Counted from the first letter of the stretch, positions 1-9,450 are shown. The stretch: 64,000 nucleotides of DNA from a virus (IMGVR_UViG_3300032270_001615:1-64000), one strand, 5' to 3'. Numbers and translations are program-made. Notes: generated by a model not told the origin, from the letters alone.

Positions 1-2
1 AA

Positions 3-1322
3 GCTGACGAGGTTGGCGCTGTTCTTGACACACTCCTTGGCGCAGAACTTACCAACGCTCAGTTTGACAATGTCCTAGAAGCTGTATTCACCGAAGATGT
101 TTCAGCAGATGTATTCACCGAAGCACTAACAACGATGCTAGATGCAGACTTGACCAGCGCACAGTTGACAGCAGTTTTGGATTCAGCGTTCTCGGAAGAT
201 ACCTCTGCTGAAAATATGGTGTCGGCTTTGGTGTCAATCTTTGACGGTCCGCTTAGTTCTGGCGACTTAGACACAGTTATGGCAGCCGTGTTTGACGAAG
301 ATATATCGGTTGCGGACACTATGACGGTTCTTGGAGACTTGCTTGAAACAAACCTGAGCATGTCAGAAACAGAAGCAGTCTTTGACAGTGTGTTTGACGA
401 TGACCTCTCGGATGCAGAAACCATTGAACTTATCGTTGATGTATTAGCTGACGAACTCACCTCAGAATTGTTGAACGCTGTTCTTGGTTCGGTCTTTGAC
501 GAAGAAGTGAGCAACGAGGTTTTGATTGAAACCTTTACCGCTGTCTTGGGTAACGAACTAGACGCCGAGTCTGTTGGTGTCATCGTGGATGTCCTTGAAT
601 CAGACACAATTACGGGTGAGCAAGTTGCACAAGTTGTGACATTGGTAATTGAACAAGAGGGCGGCATTGAGTCAGGACAAGCAACCGAACTTGCAACTAG
701 CGCCAAGGTTCTTGAAAGTATTGACGGAGAACAAGCATCCGCAGTGTTTAACGCAATCGTTGTTGCTGAGGTCTCAGAAGAGGCTGGTGCTGCAATTTCC
801 GAAGCACTCGCCGAGGCATCAACCGATGTTAAGGAATCATTTGAAGAAGAAATCAACGTATTCGCCGGCGTGTTCGATACGTATATCGCATTAGGTTCTT
901 CTATAGATGTTGGTACAAGAAGAAGCGTAATTGCGGTAAACTTGGTGACCAGTACTGTGGCTCTAGCCGCTGCTGCTGGTGGAATACCAACCCCAGGCTC
1001 TAGTCCATCTGCACCAAGACAAGATGTTGCGGTTCGCAAGGAAGAAGAGCAAGAGGAAGGCGGAGCAATCGAGGGCGAAGGTCCTGATTGGATTAAGCGG
1101 ATATCTATTTACAAATATGAAGATGGAGTAAAAGTCATGGACTGGAAGAACTTTACAAGGAAGTTTGTTTACGGAGTGATGGCATCAGGATTCACGCTTG
1201 CCGGCGCGACAGTTATGTACTTCACCCTTTCTGGACTTACCCAACAGGTTGCTCTATGGGGAACCGTCCTGGCATTCTCGGCCTCAATGTACCTTCACAT
1301 GAAAGAACCAGACGGAGAATAA
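3..1322 (+). CDS. 5'-truncated large acidic protein with 17-aa helical repeats and two C-terminal transmembrane helices
   Basis: Frame is open from nt 3 (gct gac gag gtt...), so the gene starts upstream of the window. Repeats such as LTSAQLTAVLDSAFSED / LSSGDLDTVMAAVFDED; hydrophobic C-terminal segments. Confidence 0.7.
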   Translation, partial: ADEVGAVLDTLLGAELTNAQFDNVLEAVFTEDVSADVFTEALTTMLDADLTSAQLTAVLDSAFSEDTSAENMVSALVSIFDGPLSSGDLDTVMAAVFDEDISVADTMTVLGDLLETNLSMSETEAVFDSVFDDDLSDAETIELIVDVLADELTSELLNAVLGSVFDEEVSNEVLIETFTAVLGNELDAESVGVIVDVLESDTITGEQVAQVVTLVIEQEGGIESGQATELATSAKVLESIDGEQASAVFNAIVVAEVSEEAGAAISEALAEASTDVKESFEEEINVFAGVFDTYIALGSSIDVGTRRSVIAVNLVTSTVALAAAAGGIPTPGSSPSAPRQDVAVRKEEEQEEGGAIEGEGPDWIKRISIYKYEDGVKVMDWKNFTRKFVYGVMASGFTLAGATVMYFTLSGLTQQVALWGTVLAFSASMYLHMKEPDGE

Positions 1323-1334
1323 AAAGTTATAGGC

Positions 1335-2210
1335 TTGATGCCTATGAAGCATTCGCAAAGAAATGAAATTTTTTCTTCGGTTTACGAAAAGATGTTCAAG
1401 CCGGGGATTACTAAATTTTCCGCAGAAGCAGAGTTCAGCCCTGTCACGTATCCGTTCTACGATAAAGGTTATGAAGGAAAAGACCTTTTATCGCACATCG
1501 CACATCCTTCTGTTACGTACAGAATAAACAAAAATGGTTTTATTGGTGACGACTTCATAAAAGATTCAGACATAATTGCACTGGGTTGCTCGACTACCGC
1601 AGGAGTTGGTGTTCGAAATAAACACTCTTGGCCTCATGTTGTAGCAAACAAAAAAGGCATGAGCGTGAATCAAATTGGATTACTTGGTGGATCAATACAG
1701 CAACTTGCATCAATATTTGTTGAATTCATAACCGAGTTTGGAAAGCCAAAACACTTGTTAATGCTTGCTCCAGACATGAGCAGACAATGGCTTTTGAGCG
1801 ACGGAGACCCATATAGGGATCGTTTTTTCTGGGACGAAAAGATAGACAATTTTTGGTGCTATGAGAGAAACGCCAAAATGAACAAACAGCTTGCAGGTGG
1901 AAACATAAACCCCAAAATTGTTGCACAAAACTCATTTCACGCCCTGTCCAACCTCTCCAACATCTGCCAGATACTTGATATAAATTTTGGTTTTTATTCT
2001 TGGTCGATGGAAGATAATTTGATTTACGAAAAGTTTAACTTTTCTAATTACATTTTTGACATAAGCGTAGAACAGCTATCTATTGACCAGCACAAATATG
2101 TTAAAACCGAAGAAACATCAATGTTCTGGGATATGGGTGCTGATGGGTTGCATGCCGGAGCAAAACAACACATGATTTATGCAGACAGGTTTTTGAGATT
2201 CATAAAATAA
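1335..2210 (+). CDS. hypothetical protein, possibly SGNH/GDSL-like hydrolase fold
   Basis: 291-aa ORF with IIALGCSTTAGVG (block I-like) and DGLHAG (DxxH-like) motifs. Confidence 0.45.
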   Translation: MMPMKHSQRNEIFSSVYEKMFKPGITKFSAEAEFSPVTYPFYDKGYEGKDLLSHIAHPSVTYRINKNGFIGDDFIKDSDIIALGCSTTAGVGVRNKHSWPHVVANKKGMSVNQIGLLGGSIQQLASIFVEFITEFGKPKHLLMLAPDMSRQWLLSDGDPYRDRFFWDEKIDNFWCYERNAKMNKQLAGGNINPKIVAQNSFHALSNLSNICQILDINFGFYSWSMEDNLIYEKFNFSNYIFDISVEQLSIDQHKYVKTEETSMFWDMGADGLHAGAKQHMIYADRFLRFIK

Positions 2211-2326
2211 TTTGACATCAATAAAGTATGGGCAATTTATTTATTAGACTTCATAGAGTCTATTTCTGTTGTAAAATTACAGCACGCCAACTTGGCGATT
2301 TCACAATTTTCACGAAAAGAGTTGAC

Positions 2327-2875
2327 ATGAGCAAAGTTGCGTGGGACTACATCGTCCCTGTTGTGCTTCCTAAAGACCTCAAGGGCGTTGAGCCAGGCAA
2401 GCTTCCTGCAAACTTATTGGTTCCTGCTGTTGGTGGTGGAAAGCTTCACCACATCGCAGCAAACGCATGGGCAGCTATGGTCGCTGCAGCTGCATCTGAA
2501 GGTGTTGTTCTCAAACCCACTAGCGCCGGCGACACATATCGCGATTACGAAACCCAGAAAAAAGGATTTCTCACCCGCTATCAACTAGCTGATACAGGTA
2601 CCGGCAAGACCAAGACCTTCGAAGGTAAGACTTGGTATCTCAAGAAGGGAATGGCGACCTTGGCCACACCGGGTAAGTCGCAGCATAACCTCGGCATCGC
2701 CGTTGACGTTGCTAATGCAGGTGAAGCAAAGCGCCTTAATTGGCTAATTGCAAACGTGAAAAAATTTGGTTTTTCATGGGAAGTTGTCCCAGAAGAGCCA
2801 TGGCATCTTCGCTACGTATGTGGTGACGCGATCCCTGAGGCCGTTAAATCCTTCATAGCATCAAAGCCTGCATAA
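2327..2875 (+). CDS. M15B/VanY-like D,D-carboxypeptidase, probable endolysin
   Basis: SQHNLGIAVD (SxHxxGxAxD) and EPWHLRY motifs; ATG at 2327 preferred to 2228. Confidence 0.8.
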   Translation: MSKVAWDYIVPVVLPKDLKGVEPGKLPANLLVPAVGGGKLHHIAANAWAAMVAAAASEGVVLKPTSAGDTYRDYETQKKGFLTRYQLADTGTGKTKTFEGKTWYLKKGMATLATPGKSQHNLGIAVDVANAGEAKRLNWLIANVKKFGFSWEVVPEEPWHLRYVCGDAIPEAVKSFIASKPA

Positions 2876-2878
2876 CTC

Positions 2879-3127
2879 GTGATTGAAATTATCGTTTCGG
2901 TTGTTGGCGTCATCGGGTTGATCGCTGTAGCCCTAATCCAGCGAGAGAGCCGTGCAGCAAAAGCAATGTGGGAAGAAAACAAAACAGACCACAACTACGT
3001 TGTTGAAAAAATTGAAGTTTTAGGTAAAAGCCTTGGTCGTTCTATCGACAGAAACGCATCTGCGCTTGAACGAGTAGAAGGAAAACTTGACACTCACATC
3101 AGGGATCACGCCGTAGGCGACCTCTAG
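2879..3127 (+). CDS. small membrane protein, holin-like
   Basis: N-terminal TM helix plus coiled coil, directly after the endolysin. Confidence 0.45.
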   Translation: MIEIIVSVVGVIGLIAVALIQRESRAAKAMWEENKTDHNYVVEKIEVLGKSLGRSIDRNASALERVEGKLDTHIRDHAVGDL

Positions 3128-3248
3128 TGTTGTGCTTTTTTGCAGCTTTTGTTGTTGTTGCTCTTAATAAAGAAATGGTATTCTGTTTTATACCGGACAG
3201 CGCCGCCCAAGGTCGAACACCTAATTTCAAATCTATCTAGGAGTTTAA

Positions 3249-3413
3249 ATGGGTAAGAAAAAGAGCAGCTCAAAAGGTTCAGGACCTCAGCAAAGAGTCA
3301 GAATAAACCCCATCACCAAGCAGGAAGAAATTATTCCTGGAACAAAAGCTGGCAAGCGTAGAACTCGACTACCATTTGGACATGAGCTCAGAACGCACGA
3401 CCTCCCAAGGTGA
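3249..3413 (+). CDS. small basic protein (54 aa), not in ORF track
   Basis: AGGAG RBS, MGKKKSSSKGSG...HDLPR; stop abuts next ATG at 3415. Confidence 0.5.
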   Translation: MGKKKSSSKGSGPQQRVRINPITKQEEIIPGTKAGKRRTRLPFGHELRTHDLPR

Positions 3414-3414
3414 A

Positions 3415-3738
3415 ATGTTTTGGCACAATGACGGCCATATTCTCGAGTTGCAGATAAATAAATCAGAACTACAAGTAGTTTCTATTTTGTGCCCACACGA
3501 GGGCAAAGAGCACGGAGAGTGCTACGACCAGTACGAAGACTGCATAGTCAAGTTCTTCATCAACAGGTATGGCCTGGAATGCAATGCCGGCTCATGTCCT
3601 GCGACTCCGCAAATGACAATATGTTGGACGCTCATCGGAGATAACAGAAACCCAGAAGACTCTCAGTTGTGGTTCATGCCATTGAACGACGATGTATTCG
3701 CAGCGTGGCTAAATAGCGCTATGGGTAATAACAAGTAA
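3415..3738 (+). CDS. hypothetical Cys-rich protein
   Basis: ORF 3376-3738; ATG 3415 follows the upstream stop. Confidence 0.55.
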   Translation: MFWHNDGHILELQINKSELQVVSILCPHEGKEHGECYDQYEDCIVKFFINRYGLECNAGSCPATPQMTICWTLIGDNRNPEDSQLWFMPLNDDVFAAWLNSAMGNNK

Positions 3739-3741
3739 TTA

Positions 3742-4212
3742 CTACCACGGCTCTTCTGTTTTTTTAACATCTCCCCTAAGGGCGTCTATCACGCCTATGA
3801 AGTGGCGTATATCAGGGTTGTTTTTTAACGAATCCTTGTTGACAACATAGACATTTTTGCGATTTGATTTTGTCTTTGTAAGAACCCCATTTTTAACAAG
3901 TGATTTAATTGTTCTATCAATCATTGTTTCGCTCAAGTCAAGGTAAATAGATACTGCCCGCTGTGTCATCGTGGGGTCCTCAAGCAGGGACACAAGAACT
4001 CTTCCAGCCGTAGATAGAAGATTGATTTGATCTTCGTCGTGATACCGAAGAAGTTTTTGTTTGTCGAGCGTTGCAAATATGGTATTAAGAATGTCGTCTG
4101 AAGTGCCGGCTCCAAGCGCATCTTCAAGAGCTTTTTTCAACTCTGTCGACTTGTTCTTGTTGTCAGCTTTCATTTTCAAAATAATAGTCGAAATTACACG
4201 CTTGTGATACAC
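3742..4212 (-). CDS. MarR-like winged-helix DNA-binding protein
   Basis: MTQRAVSIYLDLSETMIDRTIKSLVKNGVLTK...RKNVYVV wHTH pattern. Confidence 0.7.
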   Translation of the reverse strand: MYHKRVISTIILKMKADNKNKSTELKKALEDALGAGTSDDILNTIFATLDKQKLLRYHDEDQINLLSTAGRVLVSLLEDPTMTQRAVSIYLDLSETMIDRTIKSLVKNGVLTKTKSNRKNVYVVNKDSLKNNPDIRHFIGVIDALRGDVKKTEEPW

Positions 4213-4285
4213 ACATGGTGTACTCTTTTGTTAGGCGCTGTTACCTATCGATAGGCAGCAGCTTGATCACCAAGGGGAAAAATTA

Positions 4286-4588
4286 GTGAATCTAAAGGAA
4301 AGCCTACGAGACCTCGCGAGAGGTACAGAGTACAAAAAGTACTGCAAGTTTGGCGGTATTTATATGGGACTTGATGATGAAACAAAAGAGCTCTTGAGTT
4401 CTGCCCTAAAAGGGTCTGCGTCAACCATGGCGATAACTAGAGCGCTTAACGCTGACGGGATAGATGTTCGACGTGAGCACATCGGAGAAAAGCGCGCATG
4501 CTTTACCGGAGAAAACCCAAACTGCTGTTTAAACAAGTGTGACACCCAAGACAACAACGGAACAATAACGATTAGCGAGGACAAGTAA
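4286..4588 (+). CDS. hypothetical protein
   Basis: 100-aa ORF coupled to the phosphoesterase gene. Confidence 0.55.
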   Translation: MNLKESLRDLARGTEYKKYCKFGGIYMGLDDETKELLSSALKGSASTMAITRALNADGIDVRREHIGEKRACFTGENPNCCLNKCDTQDNNGTITISEDK

Positions 4589-4589
4589 A

Positions 4590-5774
4590 ATGGTTGCAAA
4601 AAATGAGAGAACAAAGGCTAATTCGTTAAAGAGTTTAGTTAACGAGTCAGAAGGTGTAAAGCATTCAGAGAAAATGCTAGGTGATATTGCGGAAATGATC
4701 AAGTCAAAAGGAATTGATCTTGCTTCAATTGGACGAATCAAGAATGTGTCCATGTATCAAACAATTACAAAGAACGAAGAAGGCGAAGCAGAAGTTCACA
4801 ACCTACAAGCAATCCAGTTCTCCCCTTCGTGGGAGACTGGTCCTGAGTGGCCTGTGGTCAAGCAGGGACCACCAATACAACTACAAAAGCCAACAGCAAA
4901 ACCTAAGTCGAAAACCAAGTTCAAAACTGCTGTAATCGTGCCTGATATACAGTTCGGTTTCTTCAGGAATAAGTCTGGAGAACTTGAGGCAACACATGAC
5001 GAAAAGGCTATTGCCCTTGCGTTACAGATGATGGAAGACGCTAATCCAGACCTAGTTGTATGTGTTGGCGACAACCTAGACCTTCCAGAGATGGGCAAGT
5101 ATGTGACGTACCCTTCGTACGCCCAGACCACCCAAGCCTCAATCGACCGTGCAACCAAGTTCTGTGCTGAAATGCGTCAAGCCGCACCTAACGCAAAGAT
5201 CGTTTGGTTGGCAGGAAACCACGAAGAACGCATGCCTAAGTACCTTGTACAGAACGCAGGCGCTGCCTATGGTCTCCGTAGGGGTCACGAGCCAGAGTCT
5301 TGGCCCGTATTGAGTGTTCCATTCCTTTGCCGAATGGACGATTTTGGTGTTGAGTACCGTCCTGGATACCCAGCAGCCGACCTTTGGATCAATGAAAAGC
5401 TTCGTGTTATACACGGAGACCGCGTAAAGTCCAATGGATCTACAGCTCACGTCTATTTGAACCAAGAGAAGACTTCGGTGCTATACGGACACATCCACCG
5501 CATTGAGGTAGCCTTTAAAACCCGTGAGGACTATGACGGCCCTCGTACTATCATGGCTGCTAGCCCTGGATGCCTTGCCCGTATTGACGGCGCGATACCG
5601 TCAACTAGAGGAGGGGTAGACCTCGACGGACGCCCATTGACTCGCCATGAGAACTGGCAACAAGGTCTAGGCTTCGTAACCTACGAAGAATCGGGCAATC
5701 ACTCGTTTGCTTACGAGAATGTCACGATATACAATGGTTGGGCAATGTGGCGAGGCAAAGAATACAGAGCCTAG
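4590..5774 (+). CDS. calcineurin-like metallophosphoesterase
   Basis: PDIQ, VGDNLD, GNHE, IHGD, GHIHR metal-binding motifs. Confidence 0.85.
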   Translation: MVAKNERTKANSLKSLVNESEGVKHSEKMLGDIAEMIKSKGIDLASIGRIKNVSMYQTITKNEEGEAEVHNLQAIQFSPSWETGPEWPVVKQGPPIQLQKPTAKPKSKTKFKTAVIVPDIQFGFFRNKSGELEATHDEKAIALALQMMEDANPDLVVCVGDNLDLPEMGKYVTYPSYAQTTQASIDRATKFCAEMRQAAPNAKIVWLAGNHEERMPKYLVQNAGAAYGLRRGHEPESWPVLSVPFLCRMDDFGVEYRPGYPAADLWINEKLRVIHGDRVKSNGSTAHVYLNQEKTSVLYGHIHRIEVAFKTREDYDGPRTIMAASPGCLARIDGAIPSTRGGVDLDGRPLTRHENWQQGLGFVTYEESGNHSFAYENVTIYNGWAMWRGKEYRA

Positions 5775-5787
5775 GAAAGGGAGCGTA

Positions 5788-5898
5788 ATGAATTGGTTTG
5801 ACATTCTCAGAATCATTCTCATTGTTCCCACAACGATTTGCGTAATTGGTCTGTTCTCTGTCCTTGTGGCAGACGTCAGGCAGGAGAGACGCAAGTAG
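5788..5898 (+). CDS. small single-TM protein
   Basis: MNWFDILRIILIVPTTICVIGLFSVLVADVRQERRK with upstream AGGGAG. Confidence 0.45.
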   Translation: MNWFDILRIILIVPTTICVIGLFSVLVADVRQERRK

Positions 5899-6101
5899 TG
5901 GACCAAGACCCAGAGTTTTTCTCCATGAGGAGCGAGCTTCCGGAGTGGTTTGAAACAATGTTTGATAAACTAGTCCTGCGCGGATTCGTTGAACCTATAA
6001 GCATCAGCGAAGACGGGGAATGGCTATACGGAGTTTCCGAAAAGGGTAAAGCATTCTTATTTAACTATATGCTTGACCCACAAGCATTTGAAGAAGACTG
6101 A
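5898..6101 (+). CDS. small winged-helix-like protein, paralogue 1
   Basis: GTG start after AGGAG; LVLRGFVEPISISEDGEWLYGVSEKG. Confidence 0.55.
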   Translation: MDQDPEFFSMRSELPEWFETMFDKLVLRGFVEPISISEDGEWLYGVSEKGKAFLFNYMLDPQAFEED

Positions 6102-6112
6102 AGGGAAAACAG

Positions 6113-6268
6113 ATGGACGAAGAGTACGTACAAGAGCTCAATCAAGTTCAGATAGATTTACAAGAGCTGATGAATGTTGGCTTGGTAGAGATAGTCGGAA
6201 TCAATGAGGAGGGCGAATGGCTTTACGGTTTAACAGAAGAAGGCAGAAAGACAATGGAGCAGCACTAA
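6113..6268 (+). CDS. small winged-helix-like protein, paralogue 2 (51 aa, not in ORF track)
   Basis: LMNVGLVEIVGINEEGEWLYGLTEEG aligns with the upstream ORF. Confidence 0.6.
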   Translation: MDEEYVQELNQVQIDLQELMNVGLVEIVGINEEGEWLYGLTEEGRKTMEQH

Positions 6269-6269
6269 G

Positions 6270-6473
6270 GTGCCGTTTAAAGACCCTGAAAAAGCAAAGG
6301 CGTACAGCAGAGAGCAAAGCGCCAAGCGTTACGGTCCAAAGCGTCGAGAGTACGAGCGTGAGCGAAAGCGCCGAAAACGACTAGAAGCGTATGAAGCCCT
6401 ACCCGAGCCGGAGAGAACACAAGCGCTCTCTAGGCTTAGGGGAAGGTACGACGTTTCTTTTAATAGGTATTAA
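6270..6473 (+). CDS. small basic hypothetical protein
   Basis: MPFKDPEKAKAYSREQ..., tightly packed in the operon. Confidence 0.5.
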   Translation: MPFKDPEKAKAYSREQSAKRYGPKRREYERERKRRKRLEAYEALPEPERTQALSRLRGRYDVSFNRY

Positions 6474-6525
6474 TTAAACTTTTTATTTGACACCTTAGGA
6501 TTATTTTTGTAGTTAAATATCCTAT

Positions 6526-7185
6526 GTGACAACCATCGTAGGTCTACAGGGTGACGGCTTTGCTGTAATTTGCGTTGACTCACGCATATCTGAAGTCGGT
6601 CGATTCGGAACGCTCCGTGAGGGATCAACAAAGGTTGCTGTAAATGGCAAATACCTTTTAGGCGCAGCAGGGGACGTAAGAGCAATCAACATATTGCATT
6701 ACGCATTCAACCCGCCGGCTCCACCCCCAAACATAAAAGGGCGCAAGCTGGATGAGTTCATTACACAGAAGTTCATACCAGCACTAAGAGAGTGCTTTGA
6801 ATCTCAAGGCTATGCAAGTCCAGACTCTAACGAAGAAAAGCGCCATATAGCTGAACATGATTCAACGATCCTGGTTGTCATAAACGGCGTTATCTACATC
6901 ATAGACGGTGACTACGCCTGGAGTGCAGAAGCAAACGGACACTACGCCATAGGTAGTGGGTCAGACTATGCACTAGGAGCGTTAACAGCCATACTCCCGT
7001 ACGCCAAGTTCGATATAGCCTCAGCACGGAAAGCTGGAATGAAGGCTTTATCTATAGCAGCCAAGTTCGATCCTGATACAGGCGCACCCTTTCACTGGTT
7101 CATGCAGGAGTCTGCACAGACCGTAAAGAACGTAACCAAGAAGGCTACTGCCAACAAAAATACTAGGAGAAAAATTGGTAAATAA
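6526..7185 (+). CDS. proteasome beta/HslV-like N-terminal-threonine protease
   Basis: Starts M-T-T-I-V-G; DSR at about residue 17; GAAG; AIGSGSDYALGAL; C-terminal DPDTG. Confidence 0.8.
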   Translation: MTTIVGLQGDGFAVICVDSRISEVGRFGTLREGSTKVAVNGKYLLGAAGDVRAINILHYAFNPPAPPPNIKGRKLDEFITQKFIPALRECFESQGYASPDSNEEKRHIAEHDSTILVVINGVIYIIDGDYAWSAEANGHYAIGSGSDYALGALTAILPYAKFDIASARKAGMKALSIAAKFDPDTGAPFHWFMQESAQTVKNVTKKATANKNTRRKIGK

Positions 7186-7507
7186 AAGTAATATCTATAA
7201 ATTACCCGTACACGAACAAAGCGTGTTTATACGTGGTACAGGGTGGATGGATCAAGCAGCATGCAAAGGAAAGACCAAACTAATGTTCCCCAAAGAACAT
7301 AAGGATATTACATACATAGCACAAGCAAGAATGGTGTGCAAAACATGTGAAGTCAAAGACCAGTGTTTAGAGTACGCACTGCAATATCCACCTGCAGATA
7401 TGCATGGTGTATGGGCAGGATTAACCTCAAGACAACTAGCCGCAGAGCAAAGAAGAAGAGGCGTCAAACCAACAAAACCAACACTGGCACAAATGTGGGG
7501 AGACTGA
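7175..7507 (+). CDS. whiB: WhiB family transcription factor (1)
   Basis: W..AAC...CKTC.VKDQCLEYAL...GVWAGL; four Cys. Confidence 0.9.
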   Translation: MVNKSNIYKLPVHEQSVFIRGTGWMDQAACKGKTKLMFPKEHKDITYIAQARMVCKTCEVKDQCLEYALQYPPADMHGVWAGLTSRQLAAEQRRRGVKPTKPTLAQMWGD

Positions 7508-7593
7508 ATGGAAGCCAAACTCTGCTCATGCATCAAGAAAAAGATAATCCGATCACTGCCAATATGCGGTGAGAAACCAGACGACTTCGAAGA

Positions 7594-7761
7594 CTAGGCT
7601 AAACCATTCTGTTCATAAGCCTGTAAAGCCCCAAGAACATCACCATCTACTAGGTACTGATGCATGACCCCAGCAAGATTGCACCACTTATCCCGTTCAT
7701 TCTCGGCATCTTTCAACTGGCGAAACGTTTCCATATCCATCTTTGCAATCTTCTTATCCAT
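7594..7761 (-). CDS. small hypothetical protein (55 aa)
   Basis: MDKKIAKMDMETFRQ...QNGLA, contiguous with the upstream minus-strand gene. Confidence 0.35.
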   Translation of the reverse strand: MDKKIAKMDMETFRQLKDAENERDKWCNLAGVMHQYLVDGDVLGALQAYEQNGLA

Positions 7762-7766
7762 AAAGA

Positions 7767-8120
7767 TCAGCCTATCCGGATATTACAAGTAGAACAAAAC
7801 TCCATCCCACCTACAAAAACCTGCTTCAGATCACACTCACGCTGACCACAAGGCTTAAGTAAAACCTCACCAGAAAGATAAGACCTAAGCTCATCAGCCG
7901 GAGTAGGTCTAGAAAACTGGGCAGAACCAGGATCAGGCAAACCCTTCTCATTCAAGATAAAGACCCAAACTGCATACAAGATAAAGGCAGACAAAGACAT
8001 ATCCAGCTTGTCGGCATACCGAATCATCTCGTTCTTCTCCCTACCCTTAACCCGAAGAACAATATTAAAGAAACTATCTAGGTGTTTAACCCTCTTGGCT
8101 TTATGACCCATCTCGCTCAA
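7767..8120 (-). CDS. ribbon-helix-helix DNA-binding protein with C-terminal Cys motif
   Basis: NIVLRVKGREKNEMIRYADKLDMSLSAFI; terminal CxxxxC/CxxC. Confidence 0.55.
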   Translation of the reverse strand: MSEMGHKAKRVKHLDSFFNIVLRVKGREKNEMIRYADKLDMSLSAFILYAVWVFILNEKGLPDPGSAQFSRPTPADELRSYLSGEVLLKPCGQRECDLKQVFVGGMEFCSTCNIRIG

Positions 8121-8268
8121 CCAAAGTCTTGATGTACTCCGTCAAAGTCATATCGTAAGCATCAGCCTGAGCCATAAGACGCTTCTTAAAATCAGACGAT
8201 ACACGCAGAGTCAGGGTAGAAAAGTCCTTAGAAGGCTCAACAGGAGGACGACCAACATTCCGTTTCAT
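8101..8268 (-). CDS. ribbon-helix-helix (CopG/Arc-like) protein, 55 aa, not in ORF track
   Basis: MKRNVGRPP...TLTLRVSSDFKKRLMAQADAYDMTLTEYIKTLVER. Confidence 0.7.
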   Translation of the reverse strand: MKRNVGRPPVEPSKDFSTLTLRVSSDFKKRLMAQADAYDMTLTEYIKTLVERDGS

Positions 8269-8381
8269 GACCGAAAACTATCACAACCAAAACAACAGGT
8301 AAGGAAAAAGGAGGAAAAAGTTCGCGCTCGCGGTCTTTTTTTCTAAATTTTGAACTTTTGTTGTTGGTGTGTGGTGTCTCC

Positions 8382-8837
8382 TTAGACCTTGTACAGGTTT
8401 CGTTCGTACTGCAAGACGGCTTCTTCGTATACGGCTTCGAAGCGCTTCTTGTCGTACTGGTCGTTCATGGTGTAGGCGGTGTCACCTAGGCTGTCGAGAG
8501 TTTTCCGCAGGCACTCGTGTACCTCTATTGGAGTGTGGGCACCATTATTGGCGTTCTTTATGAGGCTCTGGAAAGTTGCCCAAGCTATGTTGGGTAATGG
8601 TGGTTTGGGTACATTTGTACGGGCATTAATTGTTGCCTTGCGAATGTCCATTGGTTTTGGTTGGTAGTTAGATTCCATAGATAGATCTATGAAGGCGAGG
8701 CGTGTCTCTTCTAGTTCTAGGTCTTTGAGGTATGGATACCAGGCTTTACCTATCTCGATCTCGTCTTTACGGATGAGTGTCTGGTTGTAGGTGTAGTGGA
8801 CTATCCGGATTAGTTCTAGTGCTTCTTCTTTGGTCAT
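8382..8837 (-). CDS. replicative helicase loader/inhibitor (SPP1 G39P-like)
   Basis: MTKEEALELIRIV...AWYPYLKDL...YQPKPMDIR pattern; follows an initiator-like gene. Confidence 0.5.
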   Translation of the reverse strand: MTKEEALELIRIVHYTYNQTLIRKDEIEIGKAWYPYLKDLELEETRLAFIDLSMESNYQPKPMDIRKATINARTNVPKPPLPNIAWATFQSLIKNANNGAHTPIEVHECLRKTLDSLGDTAYTMNDQYDKKRFEAVYEEAVLQYERNLYKV

Positions 8838-9233
8838 CTAGGAAGCATAGCCGGCGAAGCGTTCAGTGTTCTCGGCATTTCTGAAGATTAGCTCTAGGGT
8901 GTTGTAGACAACCTTCTGCTTATTTCGTCCCATGTGGAAGTCTGAGTAGCTGCATCCGTCTATGGCCTTCTTGCAGGTTTCCATTCCATAGTCGTGGATC
9001 GCTGCACCAATAAGACAAAATGTTTTTTCATTTAATTTTGGGCGCTTCTTCTTGTCCATGATCTCCATCCAGTGGGAGATGATGTCTTCAATATCAAGCT
9101 GATTGACTTTGGAAGTTTTTTGTCGGAGAAGAGCTAGTCGTTCAGAGGCCTTTTTATTCGGCCTGCGTACGTTCATTCCGCCATCGTTGTTCTCGTTAGT
9201 AGTAGGGAACATCTCATCACTATGGTCACTCAA
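8838..9233 (-). CDS. phage replication initiator/replisome-organiser C-terminal-like protein
   Basis: HW...KL.....I...YG.E.CKKAIDG..SDFHMG.N...Y..LELIFRN pattern. Confidence 0.5.
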   Translation of the reverse strand: MSDHSDEMFPTTNENNDGGMNVRRPNKKASERLALLRQKTSKVNQLDIEDIISHWMEIMDKKKRPKLNEKTFCLIGAAIHDYGMETCKKAIDGCSYSDFHMGRNKQKVVYNTLELIFRNAENTERFAGYAS

Positions 9234-9450
9234 CGGTAAATCCTTTCAGGGCGCTGTGCTGGCTAAACACTTTGGAAGGGGGTCTGGGGGAAACCTTTTG
9301 CACTTTTTTAAGTCAAGGCAGCAGGAACTAGACCCCAGAATTTTGGCGGTTTTTCATAGGAATTTGTAGGTCGTTTGGCCAACGATTTATGTGGGTGTCA
9401 CCGTAGCATCTTCATCGCGCTAAAACCAACACCCAAGAAAAAATTTTTAA

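Noticed and set aside
59-1039. 326-aa minus-strand ORF
   Set aside because: Antisense shadow of the repetitive plus-strand gene, with Ser/Thr-rich nonsense composition.
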